DNA of 64,000 bases. It comes from Microbotryum violaceum (lineage: Eukaryota). The translations under genes and the position numbers were made by a program. Positions 12,336 to 26,334 of the stretch are shown in pieces. The notes beneath the pieces are model-generated. The model saw nothing but the letters and a program-made list of their open reading frames with translations. It was not told the DNA's origin and ran no database searches. How positions within the stretch are numbered: position 1 is the stretch's first letter; every line of letters begins with the position of its first letter. The stretch spans positions 372,001 through 436,000 of the forward strand of contig CDLV01000019.1 in the NCBI GenBank assembly GCA_001244265.2, read 5' to 3'.

Positions 12336-13528
12336 ATGTCGTTCGGATCATCCGCTTTCAAGCGTGGACGTGATGAGGAGGCGACGGGCAACAAGCGAGC
12401 CAGGGTCAGTGTTCCTTCTCTGTGCTGCATCGGCCTCCGATTTCCGTTTCCGCGTGCCGTGGCCGTGCCCGCCGCCGGAAGTCGTTCGTCCAAGTCGCGT
12501 GCCCGAGTCGCGTCCCCTGTTCAGCCTTGGCCGACCGGACAGACCAAGAGCGCGTTTTCCGTCCGTTACGGCGCACAGCTGACTTTCGGAGCTCACTTCT
12601 GAAAGCAGACCGTCTTTGCCGCGTTCGGTGACTCGGAACTGAACCAACACATGATGCCGCAGCAGTGGCCGCCCGCCGCGCCGCAGCCAATGTCAATGCC
12701 CACCGCGTACCACACTCCTCAAGCAGCGTACGGCATGGAGATGGACATGGTCGATGACAACATGCTCGAGGACGAGGAAGATGAGGATGAGGAGTCCCCC
12801 GCGTGTGGCGCTGCTTTGGCCGCACGTTTGGCCGGCGACTATCGCGGGTCCGACTCGAACCCGGTTCATCCTTGGAACCAGAACGCACCGCGCATGGCGC
12901 ATCAACGTGAGTCTCTTGAATGGGAGTTATCGTACAACTCGCAAAAAATTGACTCCCGCGATCTTCCCAACATGCTCAGTTTCGGCCTCGTCGCTTTCGT
13001 CGGGAGCTTCTTCGGCTGCACCCGGCACGCCTCTCGACTTCCCCGATCAATACTGCGCCACCTTTGTGGATAGCAACGGCCAGAGTCGTCAGTTTGCGAG
13101 CTCAGCTCCGTCGACGTCTTCCTCGCTGTCCGTGTACCCCTCGATCCCCGCGCCCTCGGGTATGATGGACGAGAGCGCCGCTTTTGCCAACTACGCGATG
13201 CAGCACGGCTTTAACCACCCTTCGCAAAAGACCCAGATCGGGTCGATCCACATCTCGCAACCCGGCATGACCCAATTGAGCAGCGACGGGTCAGTCTTGT
13301 CCCCCTCCTCCTCCGCCTCGGTCGCGCATGCTCTTTGGATGAGCGAAAAGGCTGAAGCGATGAAACGGACTGAAGCTCATTTCCTGTGGTCCTCCTCCGC
13401 TTCCTCCACTTTCTCCCATCTCGCGTGAACTCTTGGATCATTCCGACAGACCTCGCACGCTCGACATCCCCAGCTTTGGGTGGGACGTCCCTAGTCAAAG
13501 CTCCCGCAACGGTTCTCATTTCGGCTGA
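12336..13528 (+). CDS. Hypothetical low-complexity protein (4 exons, basic N-terminal NLS-like segment)
   Basis: GT-AG splicing joins MSFGSSAFKRGRDEEATGNKRAR-TVFAAFGDSELNQHMMPQ...-...SSDG-PRTLDIPSFGWDVPSQSSRNGSHFG* in consistent phase. Confidence 0.6.
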
Positions 13529-13937
13529 GAAGGCCGGCCACACGTCCCTTCTTTTCAGTTTCACCAACTCCGGCAGTATTGTATCGACTATTCCTTCCCG
13601 AACCTGTACACTCTCTTAGTTCAATTCCGCTCCGTTCCAATCAAAAATCGAGGGCCGACCTCCCTCACCTGACTCCGGATCCAGTCACCCCTGCCATGAA
13701 CCCTTTTGTTGTACTCATACACCCTCTCTTGTAGAATCCGTTCATCGCCACCCAGGTCCATATAACTCTTGTAACTGATTATGTTTGTTCACCTAACCAT
13801 CTTCTGCGCCCTTGTACGGAGATGGGCGCTGGACTGTGGGCACCGAGGCACAAATAGATCGAACCGCTTCCTTTCCTCCATCCCCTCCTCCCCACATCAA
13901 CTACTCGACGACGATACATCCACCGACGGCATGCGGT

Positions 13938-16900
13938 TCATTTCCTAGGCATTCTGGGGCCAAAAAGGCCGAAGCCCAATCCTGCGGCCGTGAGTTTCTG
14001 TGGCTGTGGCGAAGGCGGAGGACTGGGTGGAGATCCCTCGGATGGGTTCTGCGTATCAACACGATAATATCAGCGTGCTGCAACACCCCCATTGAAAGGG
14101 ACTGGTCGACTCGACACGCACCTGCTTGTCCGGACTACTCGGCTCGAAAAGCTTGCCAGCCTTGCTCGTCGGCGCCATCGGTCTTGGACCCCAACTCATC
14201 GTCGAGGGATCGACGACTCCGAGACTTTGCTTGGCGTTGAAGGCCATCAGGTCGGCGATCTCACTTTGGAGGTTGCGTCTTTCGTCTCGGAGTTTCTCCA
14301 CCTTGGATTAGTGCTGGTGTGTCAGTTCGGTTCGACCTGTTCGGAGCAGGATGTGAGGACTTACCTCTTTAAGTATGCGCTGGACCTGTCGACGAATAGA
14401 GCAGAGTCAGTAGAGGGCAAAATTTGAGCAAGAAGCGCTTGACCTACCTCTTGCGTAAGCTCTCCCTTGACCTCCTGAATGTGCTCATCGACGCCCGCTT
14501 TGACCGAACTGCACTCGATAAAATTCGATCAGCTGGGCCTCGTCAGCTACGCCTCTTGGCAACGTACCCTAACAGCTTCTGCACTTCTTCTGTCAAAGCA
14601 GGATACATTGTCGTCGACTTGGTCGAGTGGATGTGCTTAACCATTTGAGTTAGCAGATTTTGCGTTTTCGCCTCGTTCGCCGCGAGCGTGTCGATCGCAT
14701 AACGAATGCCTACGCGAAGGATCGAAGCCTTCAATTACATCACTCTACGTCCCGATGATCGTAATAAATGGCACTCACTCTTGAACTCGTCAGCGGTCTT
14801 GACCCTATCCGCTTCGAACCGAGCCATTTCTGCCCGCTTGGACTGGATCTCATGGCGCTCTTTGGCCGTTAGACCTCCGTTGACTTGACGTTCGAGCTGA
14901 CGTTTGTGAGCCTCGCGAATCTCGCGGTTCTTCGTCTCGCGAACCATTTGTAGGAGCTCGAATATGGCGGCTAATTAAGAGGTTAGGTAAGGTCAGCATG
15001 TATTCAAACTCGGGAGAATCTCTTTTGTAAAAGCCGCTCACCCGAAACTGCGCCGTAATCAAAGTCGGGTTCTCGTGCAACAGCGCCCGCAAGCTGTTCC
15101 ACCGTCTGCGTGACATCCGCCGTCGTCCTGACCATTTCACCGGGAGCTGCCCTAGTTGCGATGAGATCAACAGGGCGAGTGTAGCCCTCGGTCTGCGGGG
15201 CGATCGTTCCTGGTGGTCGCGATGTGCCCCATCGCTGGGCGTGCATCGACTCGTCGGCTTTCACCACACCCCCTGTAACCGAAGAACGTCGTCAGCGTAC
15301 CCTAGGCCATCAATACGTGGCCAATCTTGATGACCACTGACCCCAAAACTTCTTCTTCTCCACGATCGGTCGAGGTGGTGTTGGAGTTCCAGGGTTCATT
15401 GAGCCATGATCCTTCGCACGCGCTTTGGCATACTCAACGAGTTTGCGATCGTTCTCAAGGAAGGCGTTGACTGGATTAGGCGCGAGCGGATCCGATCTCG
15501 CAGGCGAGTGATCGAAGGGAACCGGGTTGGTTGGGGATCCCCAGGTTACTTTAGGAGAAGCTTGTTTGTGGTCCGGGGTGTTGGAATTACGAGACGTAAG
15601 CCCATTCGCTAACACCGGCTGTACGGGCGATGATTTGTCGCGAACGGCGCGATCGGTGGGGGCAAAGTCTCCCATTCGGGTCACAAGAGGGCGTGCATCG
15701 TATTGGCCTCTGTGACCGCGTCCTATGATACAACTCGGAGTGCCTGGTTGAGTTTCCAACGGCGATGGCTGCATCGACCAATCGCTCCCGAACACCTCTG
15801 AGGGTTTGGACGCCTTCTTGACCAGGGGTTTGTCTCGTGCTGCGTTGATACCACGGAGGGGCGAGCTGGGGAGCTTGATGGCCGTAGTTGAAACTTTTGT
15901 AGGTGAGATATCCTTGCCTTTCATGTCCGTGTATATCTTGATATTGGTGGCCTTGACGGGCAACAGCGAAGCGTTGGGCAATTGATCAAGACGATCTTGA
16001 TCCAGAACGGCGAATTTGGACCTGGACGTTCGCGCGAATCGGGCTTCGTGAGAGCTGCGCACGGTTCCGAGAGGGTGCATGCACGCTTCGTACGCTCTAA
16101 AGTTCTTGGCTTCTTTCTGAAGAACGAAACAAACTTGTGTCAGCTAAGAATCTGCACGAACCTTCTGATCCGTATGTAGTCACCGAATACGCCTCCTTCG
16201 CCTGGTTCCACGCGAGGCGATCCGCGGGCGTTTCCATGGCATGACGAGTCGTCGTAGTTTGGTTGTCGTCATCCGCCATCTTTCCTTGTTCAGAGGGAAT
16301 GAGACGACGGCCGAACGCGTCGATATGGCTTATTCGCGAGTCATCAACGTTGGGTAAATTTTTGACAGCCTCAGGTTGAGGCCCTATCGGTGGAATTTGA
16401 AGCAAGATCTCGTAAGCAGATGGCGCGCGAAAGTCTTCTCCATTAATTACTCACGCTGTTGTGGATGTTCTCCCCGCAGTATGCGCTCAACCTCGGATCT
16501 GGTACAAAGCAGAACGCCAGTGGTCCCCGTCGAGCCCGAGTGGGACCGACGCCCCTGATTCCCCGCCACAGTGGCAGGCTCCGAGAGCTGACTCACATCA
16601 CTGCAGCTACCCACTCGATGACGTATCGATCCCGTCAAGGGCTTCATGGAGCCTAGAGACTCAGGTCGATGACTTCCGGTGGTCGAAGGAGCGATTACGG
16701 AATTCTCGTGTTGAGAAGCCGAGCGTACAGGGCCGTCGATAGGTTCGTCCTTCAACGACTTTTGCGAGCCGCCAAAGACGCCCCCTTTGTCTAGGAATGG
16801 GGTCGCTTGATATACGAATGACCTTTTCTTGGTGATGCCTGACGGAATCGATTTACCCGAGTCAGGCGAGGCGGGAGTGGGTTTCGTCGATCCAACTCGA

Positions 16901-18909
16901 GAACTTGGCGTGCTACGATCAGGGGACTTGATGGGTGACTCTCGAGATGATCGGGAGGGAGGGTCGATCCTGGATGGAGTTTTTGTAATCCGAAGTGGAA
17001 CCTGCGCTTGAAACGGAACGACGTTTGACGTTTCTTGGCGACTGGTTCCGGGAGAATGTTTTGCGACACTGGCGCCGGACGCAGCCACAGGTATTGTCCG
17101 AGGCGGAGTCTCAACCGTTTCCTCCAAGGGTCTTGACGAGCTGGGACCCCGAACAGGTGAAGCGGAAGGAGGAGTCGACAACGATTCGAAACGCGACATG
17201 CGAATTGCGAGTTCGGGTGAGACAGTACGCTTGGCCGGACTTGGACTGCGCGATTGAGCCTGGGAACCTTTGGGCGGATTGGCCAAGATCTCGCCCGAAG
17301 CAGGTCGACCTGTCGCCTTGAAGAGACTCTGGCCCCAGCTTGTGGAAAAAGGTGTTAGAGCTGGGATGACGGGAAGACCAGTAGAAGCAAGCTCCGTCGC
17401 TTCTTGCGGCGCGTCTTGGAGCGAAAGCGCTTTGCACTGTCGATCTGCTCTCTTCTGACCATCAACTTCCGAGCTGGGTTCGTCGAGATCGGAACTTTAG
17501 GGGAGGTGATCAATATTTAGGCTATCAATATAACATCATGTTGAAGGTCAGGCTCACCTTGTAAGTTCTTGAGATGACTGATACTCTTGCCTGATTCTTT
17601 GCGACTCGGTCATGCTTGCAGCTCGTTGAGGTTCTTTCTTTTTGTCAACGTTCTCTTGCGTCAAGTGAGCGGGAGATGGGGTCGGATCCTCGAACAAACA
17701 CGGATCGTCTCCTAGGAGTATTGCAATGTCTTGAGCAACCTTGCGATCCCTTTCGGAAGCGATTCGGCTGGCCGCGCTCGAGCTACTACTTGACGCCGCT
17801 TTTAGAGGAGGCTCCAGACGAGATGCCGTCACGATGGAGCCGGTACTACGAGCGAGCAACCGACCAGGGGTGACTGTTGGGTCCCAGTTGACAGAATCAG
17901 ACTTGACCAAAGGTGGACCGGTGTAAATTGGAGAGAGTCCCGTTGCGGATCTCGTTCGAGTCCTCCCCGAAGGAGTCTCGGGCAATTCGAAAATGTTGCG
18001 GCCGGTCGAGTCCTCTCGAGTCGGAGTGGTAGGCGTACTTCCACTGTGCCTTCCAGCTGCGGCGTTAACAGCCCGCATTTTGGCGAGTACCTCATCGTTC
18101 GACAGTCTTGGTCCCTTGTGGTCAGTGATCGAGAGCTTTTCGGCTGGGAGCGTTAATGTGGTGTCCCGCACGCCCGGTGTTTCGACGGGCGCCGATAAAG
18201 TCGATCCGCTTTTCGATGCCACTTCAACGATAGCAGCAGACCCGGTTGACTTGATTGACACCGACTTGTCCGACTTGACACTTGATCCTAAAGAGGACTC
18301 AATCGCTGCCCGCTTGGCAGCAAGTTGGGCCTGTAGTCGCAGCTTGACCGAGTTCTCCACGGGTAGAGCAGCTGGGACAGGCGACGATACGTCGCCGGAT
18401 GCTGTTCGATCTTGGAATTTCATCGAGCCAGCTTTGCCTTTTTCTAATTCTGAAACCGATGAGAAGCGAGGTCGAGCGGTCGAACGGGGGGTAGATCGAA
18501 TAATGCTCACTGGCGCATCTCGACTGGGCGTAGGGTCTGCGGTGTCCCAGACGTCGACTTCGAGCAGCCTAGATGGCGGATGTTTCGGTGAAGGCGAGGC
18601 AGGGGCTTCGTGCCAGCCATAAGGGGTGTCGAAAGAAGCCGAACCAGGGATGGGAGAGAGGACGCTAGTTTTCCACAGCTCAGTTACAGTCGCAGCCGGA
18701 GGGGGCAGATCCTGATGCGTCGGGGATGCGTCAACGAACTCGTCATCGTCATCGTCTGATTCGTGCGACGTGCCACTGGTCCTGCGATGAGCCTTCATCT
18801 TTGGAAGGAGTAGACTGTGTCGTTTCGATTTTCGTCCCTCCTTTTCGGTGGGAAGACGATGAGTGGCATCGTTGGTGGGCCCTTCGACTACGGTATCAGT
18901 CCCCGCCAT
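13938..18909 (-). CDS. Large Ser/Pro-rich hypothetical protein with C-terminal coiled-coil region; start uncertain
   Basis: Consecutive long minus-strand ORFs (17554-19056, 16447-17286, 15310-16080) linked by introns to coiled-coil exons (MEKLRDERRNLQSEIADLMAF). Last exon ...GLGFGLFGPRMPRK*. Confidence 0.6.
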
Positions 18910-19562
18910 GGCCGTGAACGAGCGAAGCAAATCATAAGTCGACACCGGCGGCGACGAGAAAGGTGTCGAGCGCGCCTCGACCTGATCGACAGCGGTCGTA
19001 GGAATGGTACGAAGATGTGCACCCATTCCAACCACAGGCTCGTAAGGGCACATCAAGGAAAGCGCTCACCGCCTACGGGCGAGGTGATGAATGGGCATGG
19101 GGGAACGAACAAAGGTGCGTTGAGTGATTTTTTCCGGATAGGGGGTTGTGGGGTCGGTGGCTGTTTCAGAGTTGGGAGGGGCGACTCAGCCAGTGACGCA
19201 GATCGCGCTAGTCCGAGTTGATACGACTAAGTTAGGGGCGGAAACACGTTTTACTTTGAGGCGGACGATAGCCGATCGAATTGCTCAGTCTACTTGATAC
19301 ACGCCATACATACATCACAGTGTGCCATTGATCGATGCAAGTCCGAGAAGGAGAGCCGGGTATTACTGCCCCCGTCTCGGATAGAGATGTTTCTTGGTAA
19401 TGGTGACTTGCGCCGATCTAACTGCAATTCACATATTGGGCGGCGCACCTGGTGCCGGCGCGCTCGCAAGCGCTTACTCCCTTTGATCCTCGCCGCACCC
19501 CACCCACAGCCACCCCATTCGACCCCCCCCCCCCCCCCTTTCTCTACGCCAACAACAAGACC

Positions 19563-20983
19563 ATGGCCGCCCGCCCGACTTTCGCCGAACTGACAGCTCG
19601 CTTCGTGCAGCAACGTGCCAAGGCTGGCTTCTCAGCTGGAGGAGGAGGAGGCGCTGGAGGGCCGGGACGCGGTGGCCCGAGCCTCGGTACAGCGCTCGGT
19701 GGAGCAGGTGGTATCCTCCTCTTGGCTGCGGCCGGCTTGACCGTCAACTCTGCTCTTTTCAACGGTGCGTTCATCGCTGTTGATCGGTCATGCGTCTCAA
19801 CGCCACAGCGCGGGGTCGACCGAGCGTTCACAGAGCCTGACATGGCCTTCTTCTTCCCTCCCTGGCCCCGTCCCCGTTACACCTCGTTCCTACAGTCGAT
19901 GGTGGTCACCGTGCGATCAAGTACACCCGTCTGAATGGTGTCACTTCCGAGGTCTACGCTGAAGGGACCCACTTCCTCGTACGTTTCATCCCGTTCTCTC
20001 CCCTTGCTCCCTCCTCGCGAATTATGCTTAACCATCCACTGATCGCTGCAGATCCCCTGGTTCGAGACCCCGATTTTGTACGACGTCCGAGCCAAGCCGA
20101 GAAACATCGCCTCTTTGACCGGGACCAAAGGTGAGTTCGGCACTCTTTGCTGAGGCGAGGCGCTGGTCAGGCGATGATGCACAGAGCTGACTCGGCCCCG
20201 GTCCCCTCTCGATCGAACTGCTGTCACCCCTCGTGCAGATCTTCAAATGGTCAATATCACCTGCCGTGTGCTGTGCCGACCCCGTGTCGATGCCTTGGCG
20301 ACCATCTACCGCGAGTTGGGCACCGACTACGATGAGCGAGTCTTGCCCTCGATCGTCAACGAGGTGCTCAAGAGTGTCGTTGCCCAATTCAACGCTAGGT
20401 TCGTCTGTACTCACCCTGCACCGTTCCTTGCGTACTTCAGCTGACCTGTTCTCCCCCTTTTTTTTTCTGCTCTCAGTCAATTGGTGACACAGCGAGAGAT
20501 GGTCTCCAAGCTCGTGCGCGACAACTTGCAACGCCGCGCCGCGCGCTTCAATCTCGTGCTCGACGATGTCTCCATCACGCACGTCACCTTCTCCCCCGCC
20601 TTCTCGGAAGCGGTCGAAGCCAAGCAGATTGCGCAACAGACGGCCCAACGAGCGGCCTATCTTGTCGACCAGGCCTTGCAGGAGAAGCAGAGCATCATCG
20701 TCAAGGCGCAAGGAGAGGCCCGTTCGGCCGAATTGATCGGTGAGGCCGTCAAGCAGAACAAGGGTTTCTTGCAGCTCAGGAAAATGGAGGCCGCGAGGGA
20801 GATTGCGCAAATGGTCGCCAACTCCAACAACAAGCTCATGCTCGACTCGGACAGTCTCCTTCTCGATGGTTAGTTTCTGGCCTCGTCCCTTTTGGCGTAT
20901 TGGCTGGCTGCGATAGGGTTGCTGACAAAGAAGATCGGGTCGTTGCTGCAGTGAACGAGCACTCTGAAAACAAGCGGGCGTAG
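19563..20983 (+). CDS. PHB2: Prohibitin-2
   Basis: [123 protein letters not shown]. Confidence 0.96.
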
Positions 20984-21261
20984 GATGGAAACGGTGATCT
21001 CTGACTTTGTGTAACGCATGTACGAGTACAACGAAAACTGTCTCCCAGTGACCTCAGGGATGCAATATCACTTTGACCCTCCTCTCATCCTTTAGAAGCG
21101 CGTTCATACGCTCGCGAGAAACGACGTCGACCCGGTCTTCGCAAAGATGAAATTTATGTATCATCCAAGAGTACGTGGGCGTACATGGTCACCATAAAGC
21201 TACACAATAATGAAACGACGACACCCTGAAAATTCAACTCGCCGTACTCCGACACCATCAC

Positions 21262-22134
21262 TCAGCGATTCCGCTTCCTGTTGTCCTTCCCACTCGATGA
21301 TGCTGCCGATCCACCTCCAGTCGCATCATCCCACATCTTCTTGGCCTGGTTCATCGCGAGCTTCATCACCCACCCGCCGGGAATGTCATTCGAAGGAGGG
21401 GAGGCTTGAGTCCGAGTCTTCGCCTTGGGCTTGGTCGACCGCTTGGTCTTGTCCTTCGAAGCCGATGGTGGTTCATTCGCTGAACCCATAAAAGAGAAGA
21501 GCGTATCCTTCGCCGTATTCCAAGCGTTCTCCCCCCTCTCGTCCGCTCCTCTTCGAGGAACGCCATATTCTTCACCCAAATCAACTTCGGCCGGATCGTC
21601 CCATCCACCCTCATCAGTCGTCGTAGCCCAAGTTCTCTTCCTTCCACTCGCACTTTTCCTCTTATTCTTCTTCCCGCCCGAATTCGCGTTAAACCTCTTC
21701 CTCGACCTTGATGTCGACCTTGACTCCTCCCCTTGACCGAACCACCATTGAGCGCCGGTCTTACCGACCCCCCAAGTCGTTTTAGCAAGGTCTTGCATCT
21801 TATCGAGTGATTGGGTCGTACCTGACCATCCATTCGTGTACGCGTTCCAACCTAGGGCGATCGCGCCGATCAAGGTTGACCATTTCGTGAGGAACCAGCT
21901 TAGACGGAACGCGAAACGGGTCGTGTTGTACATCGATAGGAAGGCGGTGTAGATGGCGAAGAGGGAGAGCAGGAGGGAGAGCAGGGACGTAGGGGAGGAG
22001 AGGAGGGAGGTCCAGGGGAGGGTGAGCAGTTGGTGTAGGGGTCGGAGGAGGGTGGAGGGGAGGTAGGTTTCGAGCACGTCTAGGATCGAGTCGATGAGGT
22101 TTCCGGCGGCCGAATCGTCTTGGTAGTAAGGCAT
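21262..22134 (-). CDS. Two-TM membrane protein, possibly Apq12-like (nuclear envelope)
   Basis: Intronless ORF from MPYYQDD with two hydrophobic helices (SLLSLLLSLFAIYTAFLSMY; WFLTKWSTLIGAIALGW) and a basic tail. Family assignment is by resemblance only. Confidence 0.55.
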   Translation of the reverse strand: MPYYQDDSAAGNLIDSILDVLETYLPSTLLRPLHQLLTLPWTSLLSSPTSLLSLLLSLFAIYTAFLSMYNTTRFAFRLSWFLTKWSTLIGAIALGWNAYTNGWSGTTQSLDKMQDLAKTTWGVGKTGAQWWFGQGEESRSTSRSRKRFNANSGGKKNKRKSASGRKRTWATTTDEGGWDDPAEVDLGEEYGVPRRGADERGENAWNTAKDTLFSFMGSANEPPSASKDKTKRSTKPKAKTRTQASPPSNDIPGGWVMKLAMNQAKKMWDDATGGGSAASSSGKDNRKRNR

Positions 22135-22936
22135 GATGCCGGATAAGAGGTGTGTTGAAGATGGGTCTTTTGGCGCTGGTTGGTGTGCTCGAGTCGGGGT
22201 GGACGTAGAAGGGGAAGAGGCGCAGACAACGAGCGCCGGCCCCCCCACTTCGACGTCATCACGCCACGCAAGCGCAACGAGACTGCACTGCACTGCAGTG
22301 ACGGCACTCGTCGCCGATGTAGGAAGAAGTAAATTCGAACGAGTCGACGCAAATAAACTCAAAATTCACGATTCACCAGGTACAATTTTCTGAAAGTTGC
22401 TTCGATGAACAAGAGACACCACATTGTTTTACGATTTGCTACTTCAATCTCACTAACCCATTTCTAATGACCTATTTGGACCTGCTTCCCAACGAACAAG
22501 ATCGACTTCGCAAGCGCTTCTCGAAACGGTTCTTGTCTCTTCTCCAGAAACTTTGCTAGCCGCACCAATACCAAGTCGAGCGAACGATTCCACTCCCACG
22601 TTCGTATATATACACCAAAAAAGGAAAGGGGGGGGGGGCTCGTAAAGCAACCACCTTTTTCCTTTTGTATATCACCTGACTCGACATGGAGGTCGGCCTA
22701 AATCGAATGTAGAATCAATTACCCTTTTAATAATCTCAGCAGTCGTCGTACCTTTCTAAGGACTGGTGGATTCGCTATGGGTCGACATTTCTTTTCTCTC
22801 TTTCTCCTCTTTGTTCTTTTGTTTTGTCGTAGCCTACTACCTACCTCTGTCCGAATTTCATCCTCTCTGTTCAAAAACTCATCCCACCAGAATCATATCA
22901 AGAGATCCCCTAAGACCGTGGTTCCCGTCAGACACG

Positions 22937-23615
22937 ATGACGACGACGCCCACGTACTCGCACCCCTTCACACTTTCGCAAGCGATTCAACTCGAACCAG
23001 CTTTGATCACACAAGGTCAGTACACTGAAACAAACAGTGCTCTTTCGTTCGAAGAAGCACCCTGTTGGCATCAAATCAACTCAACCCCCCCCTCCCTTCC
23101 CGCTCTACTAACCTCTACGCTCCTCGCTTCACAGAGATAACGAGGCTACAACATTCGATCCAACACCTCGAACGATCAAACTCAGAACTATCACAGTACC
23201 TCGAAGAAGAAGGTCCGGAAGAAGCGTTCGAATTGTCGATCAAGGAGAATGAACTGACCATGCAAGTAGTACCTTCTTCCTCTTTTCTCCTTCTCCTTCC
23301 TCATTATTAGAACTTTTCGAATCAAACTCAAAAAAAAAAAAAAAAAAGCTGATTAGGGTTCCCTCCCTTGAATTGGAGAATAGTGCTACTCAGAAGGAAA
23401 GGATTTCGATCCTTCGTCATGCGTTGCAAGAGCAAATCGGGGTCGATCGATCGAATGGGCATTATGAATTGGCCAGTGAGAGGTCAGATACTGGGACATT
23501 GGGGTCGGGTACAGGTTTGGTTTTGGAGGAAGGGGATACGAACGCGGTCGTCAGTGGAGCTGCAGCAACGGGCTCAGGGCAGGAGGACGAGGTGGTGGAA
23601 GGGGTATATCTGTAA
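22937..23615 (+). CDS. Small coiled-coil hypothetical protein (3 exons)
   Basis: MTTTPTYSHPFTLSQAIQLEPALITQ-EITRLQHSIQHLERSNSEL...IKENE-...QKERISILRHAL...EGVYL*. Confidence 0.65.
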
Positions 23616-23794
23616 TCTTTGTATTCGCCGGTTTGTATCACGCAGGTTGTTGTGCATCTTGTCATTCATACGTTTCTCTCGAACCCACGCAAGTAACCCA
23701 CTCCCAAGTCCCACAGAAGAACCGAGCCCGAACTTAATCGAGCAAAGTGGAAACTTGATATTGTCACCCCAGCAACAGACACTTAATACTCGTT

Positions 23795-25529
23795 CTACAA
23801 CTGCGCTACCCATTTATCAAGTGCCCTTACCCCCTTTTCTTGCCATTCAGCCTTGGAGATCCTGTTTTCTCCCCAACACCAATCATGATCAGCACTCGTC
23901 GGCAATCACCTCGCGATCCGGGAAAAAGGAAGGATGTGAGCCCGAACTGAACTTACCAGCGTACGTTCGACACGTCCTTCTCGTGCAAATCCTTGGCCAA
24001 CGAAGCACCTCCCACGAATACAGAGTGCTTACGTTCCGGTGGATCTTCGATTCGTAATTGGAAGTCCTGTCAAAAGTCACACCAAGTCAGTTCCCCCCCT
24101 TCGCCGAACGAGGCTTCGGACGACCTACATTCAAGCGCGCTGGGTTACCCATCAACTTTCTCGCCAAATACAACTGTTTCAATTCCTTGCCCAAACGACT
24201 CGGCAAACCAGGGTACATGGTCGAACCTCCGGAAAGAACGATATGTTTGAACAGGTCGGCACGATTATCGAGGGGTGCGGCTTGGATGGTGTTGTAGAGC
24301 ATTTCGGCGACGCCTTCTTGTTCTACGTCGACGAGGTGAGGTTGGAACATGCATTCCGGAGCTTCGTAGCGCTCCGAACCGACTTTGATGACGCGACCGT
24401 CGGGGAGCTGGGGGAAAAGGATTGGAGGGTAGGAGTCAGTTCGGAGTTTCGGAACGACGTGGAAGGACCCAATCGTGGGGAGGGACCGACGGTATAGTTC
24501 TCGATTAGCGTCGTTGTCTCGTCCGACAGCCGCTTGTCAAGGTCGAGATCATAGCTAAACACACGCGTGGCTACGAGCATCAGTCATGGAGGTGAAAAAT
24601 AATCGATAGGGCTGGCCCGGCTGCGCACCTGGTATAACAAAGCTTCTCTTTGATCTGTCGAACGGTTTCAAAGTCGGCAGTGCGGTTGAACGCGTACCCA
24701 CGCATGAGCAACAGTTTGATGAGGTAGCGCGTGACGTCTCGGCCGGCGACGTCGAGACGTTTCATCCAGTTGGGACTGATCGCGCCGTGGATGACGGCAA
24801 CGATGTGGGTCACTCCGTCACCCGAGTCGACGACGACTCCCGTGTCGAGACCTGCGGAAAAAAAGTAAAGTATAGCTCGGTGTCAGTGAGAGCAATGGAT
24901 TCGATTGCCCGACCGCGCAACAGAGCACGTGCCAAACTGACCCTTGGCATACAAAGTCAAGACGGCCTGAACGGAGATGTAGACCTTGTCGAATCCATAG
25001 TGATCAAACATGATCTCGCACATCTTTTCGCGGTTCTTGACCGGGTTCATCGGCGGATCGGTAAGCAGGATACTCTTCCCCCTCGGGTCGATCTGCAATT
25101 TGTCGTAAAAGGCATGGTCCCAGATGAGTTTCATGTCGTCCCAGTTGCGCACGATGCCGTGTTCCATTGGTTGGGTGAGTTGGAGGTAGGAGCGGTACTC
25201 GGACGCGGCGTCGCCGACCATGATGTCGGTGATGTTGGCCGTTTCGGTGGTCGAGCCGCGTTCCTCGGTACGGAGGATCGGTCGACCGATCAAGGATGGG
25301 AACGTGTGGGAGGGAAAGTCTGCGCGCGCGAGGAGGGACAGGCTCGGGTCGTGTGTTAGCTGGGGGAGGGGGCCGATCCGGATGGGGAGACTGACTCGAT
25401 CCTGCATAACCGCATTTAACAAACTGTGCAATATGACGACTCAGTGCGTCGTTATAGGGATCAAGCGGGGCGCTCCGAGCTCACTCCTGTTCCATTGTCG
25501 ATGACGATGGGAACGTCCGAGTCGGCCAT
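23795..25529 (-). CDS. ARP2: Actin-related protein 2 (locally divergent)
   Basis: [110 protein letters not shown]. Confidence 0.93.
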
Positions 25530-26334
25530 GGTCGACCGTCTATGATGGGCTGGTCAGATTTTGCTGTGCTGTGAAAGGTGTGTGATCTTGGGAGTTGAAT
25601 TAGCCGTGGAGCGCAGAATGAATAGGATGAAGGGCGAGTGTCGTGCCGCTGTGCGCTCGACCGAGGGGAGACAGAGGTAGGAGTATGCTGGCAGAGCAAC
25701 GGGTTCATTCAGCAGCTCGACCTTGCTCTGCCATGCGTTCGCATCCCTCCCAGCCAACCGACTTGGACGAGGACTTGGACTTGGACTTGGACGAGGACGA
25801 GGCGAACGATGTCGATGCCGACTCGGACAAGCTGCGCACGTCACCGCGCTTCGCTTCCGTTGCTGGAGCGCTGGAGAGATGGTAAAAGAGCGTGGCGGAA
25901 TGGGTCCAAGCAGGCTGAACAGATTTGCGTTCTAGTCAAAAGGTCGGAGCTGAGGAGGGGAGGAGGGGGTGGGGGGCGTGCTGCCAAACCGAGGCGGGGG
26001 GAGCGCCATGCGGGCCGCTGGTGCGTCCGGATGCACGAGTGGGTCGCGCTCACTGACCTTGTTGTAGCTTTGACCGTGTTGGCAAACGACGAGGGTGAGG
26101 TGTGCGATGCCGTTGCGGGTTTGGGTCAAGAGCGGGATCGGGATCGGGAGCGGGATCGCACCCACCGACGCGGGAGTGACCGCGGGGAGTAACGACAACA
26201 CTTGCCCATTAGCTGGCGAGTTTGTAATCTCGAAAGGAAAGCTGCATATATTACCGGCGCGCGGTCTCGGCCCAAGCTCGCTCGCTTCTTAGCCTGCACC
26301 GGTACGACCTCACCCAAAACAAACTCCCGACATC

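Noticed and set aside
25640-26200. ORFs with (GACTTG)n and (CGGGAT)n repeats between ARP2 and SNU114
   Set aside because: Simple microsatellites in a divergent promoter region; no protein family signal.
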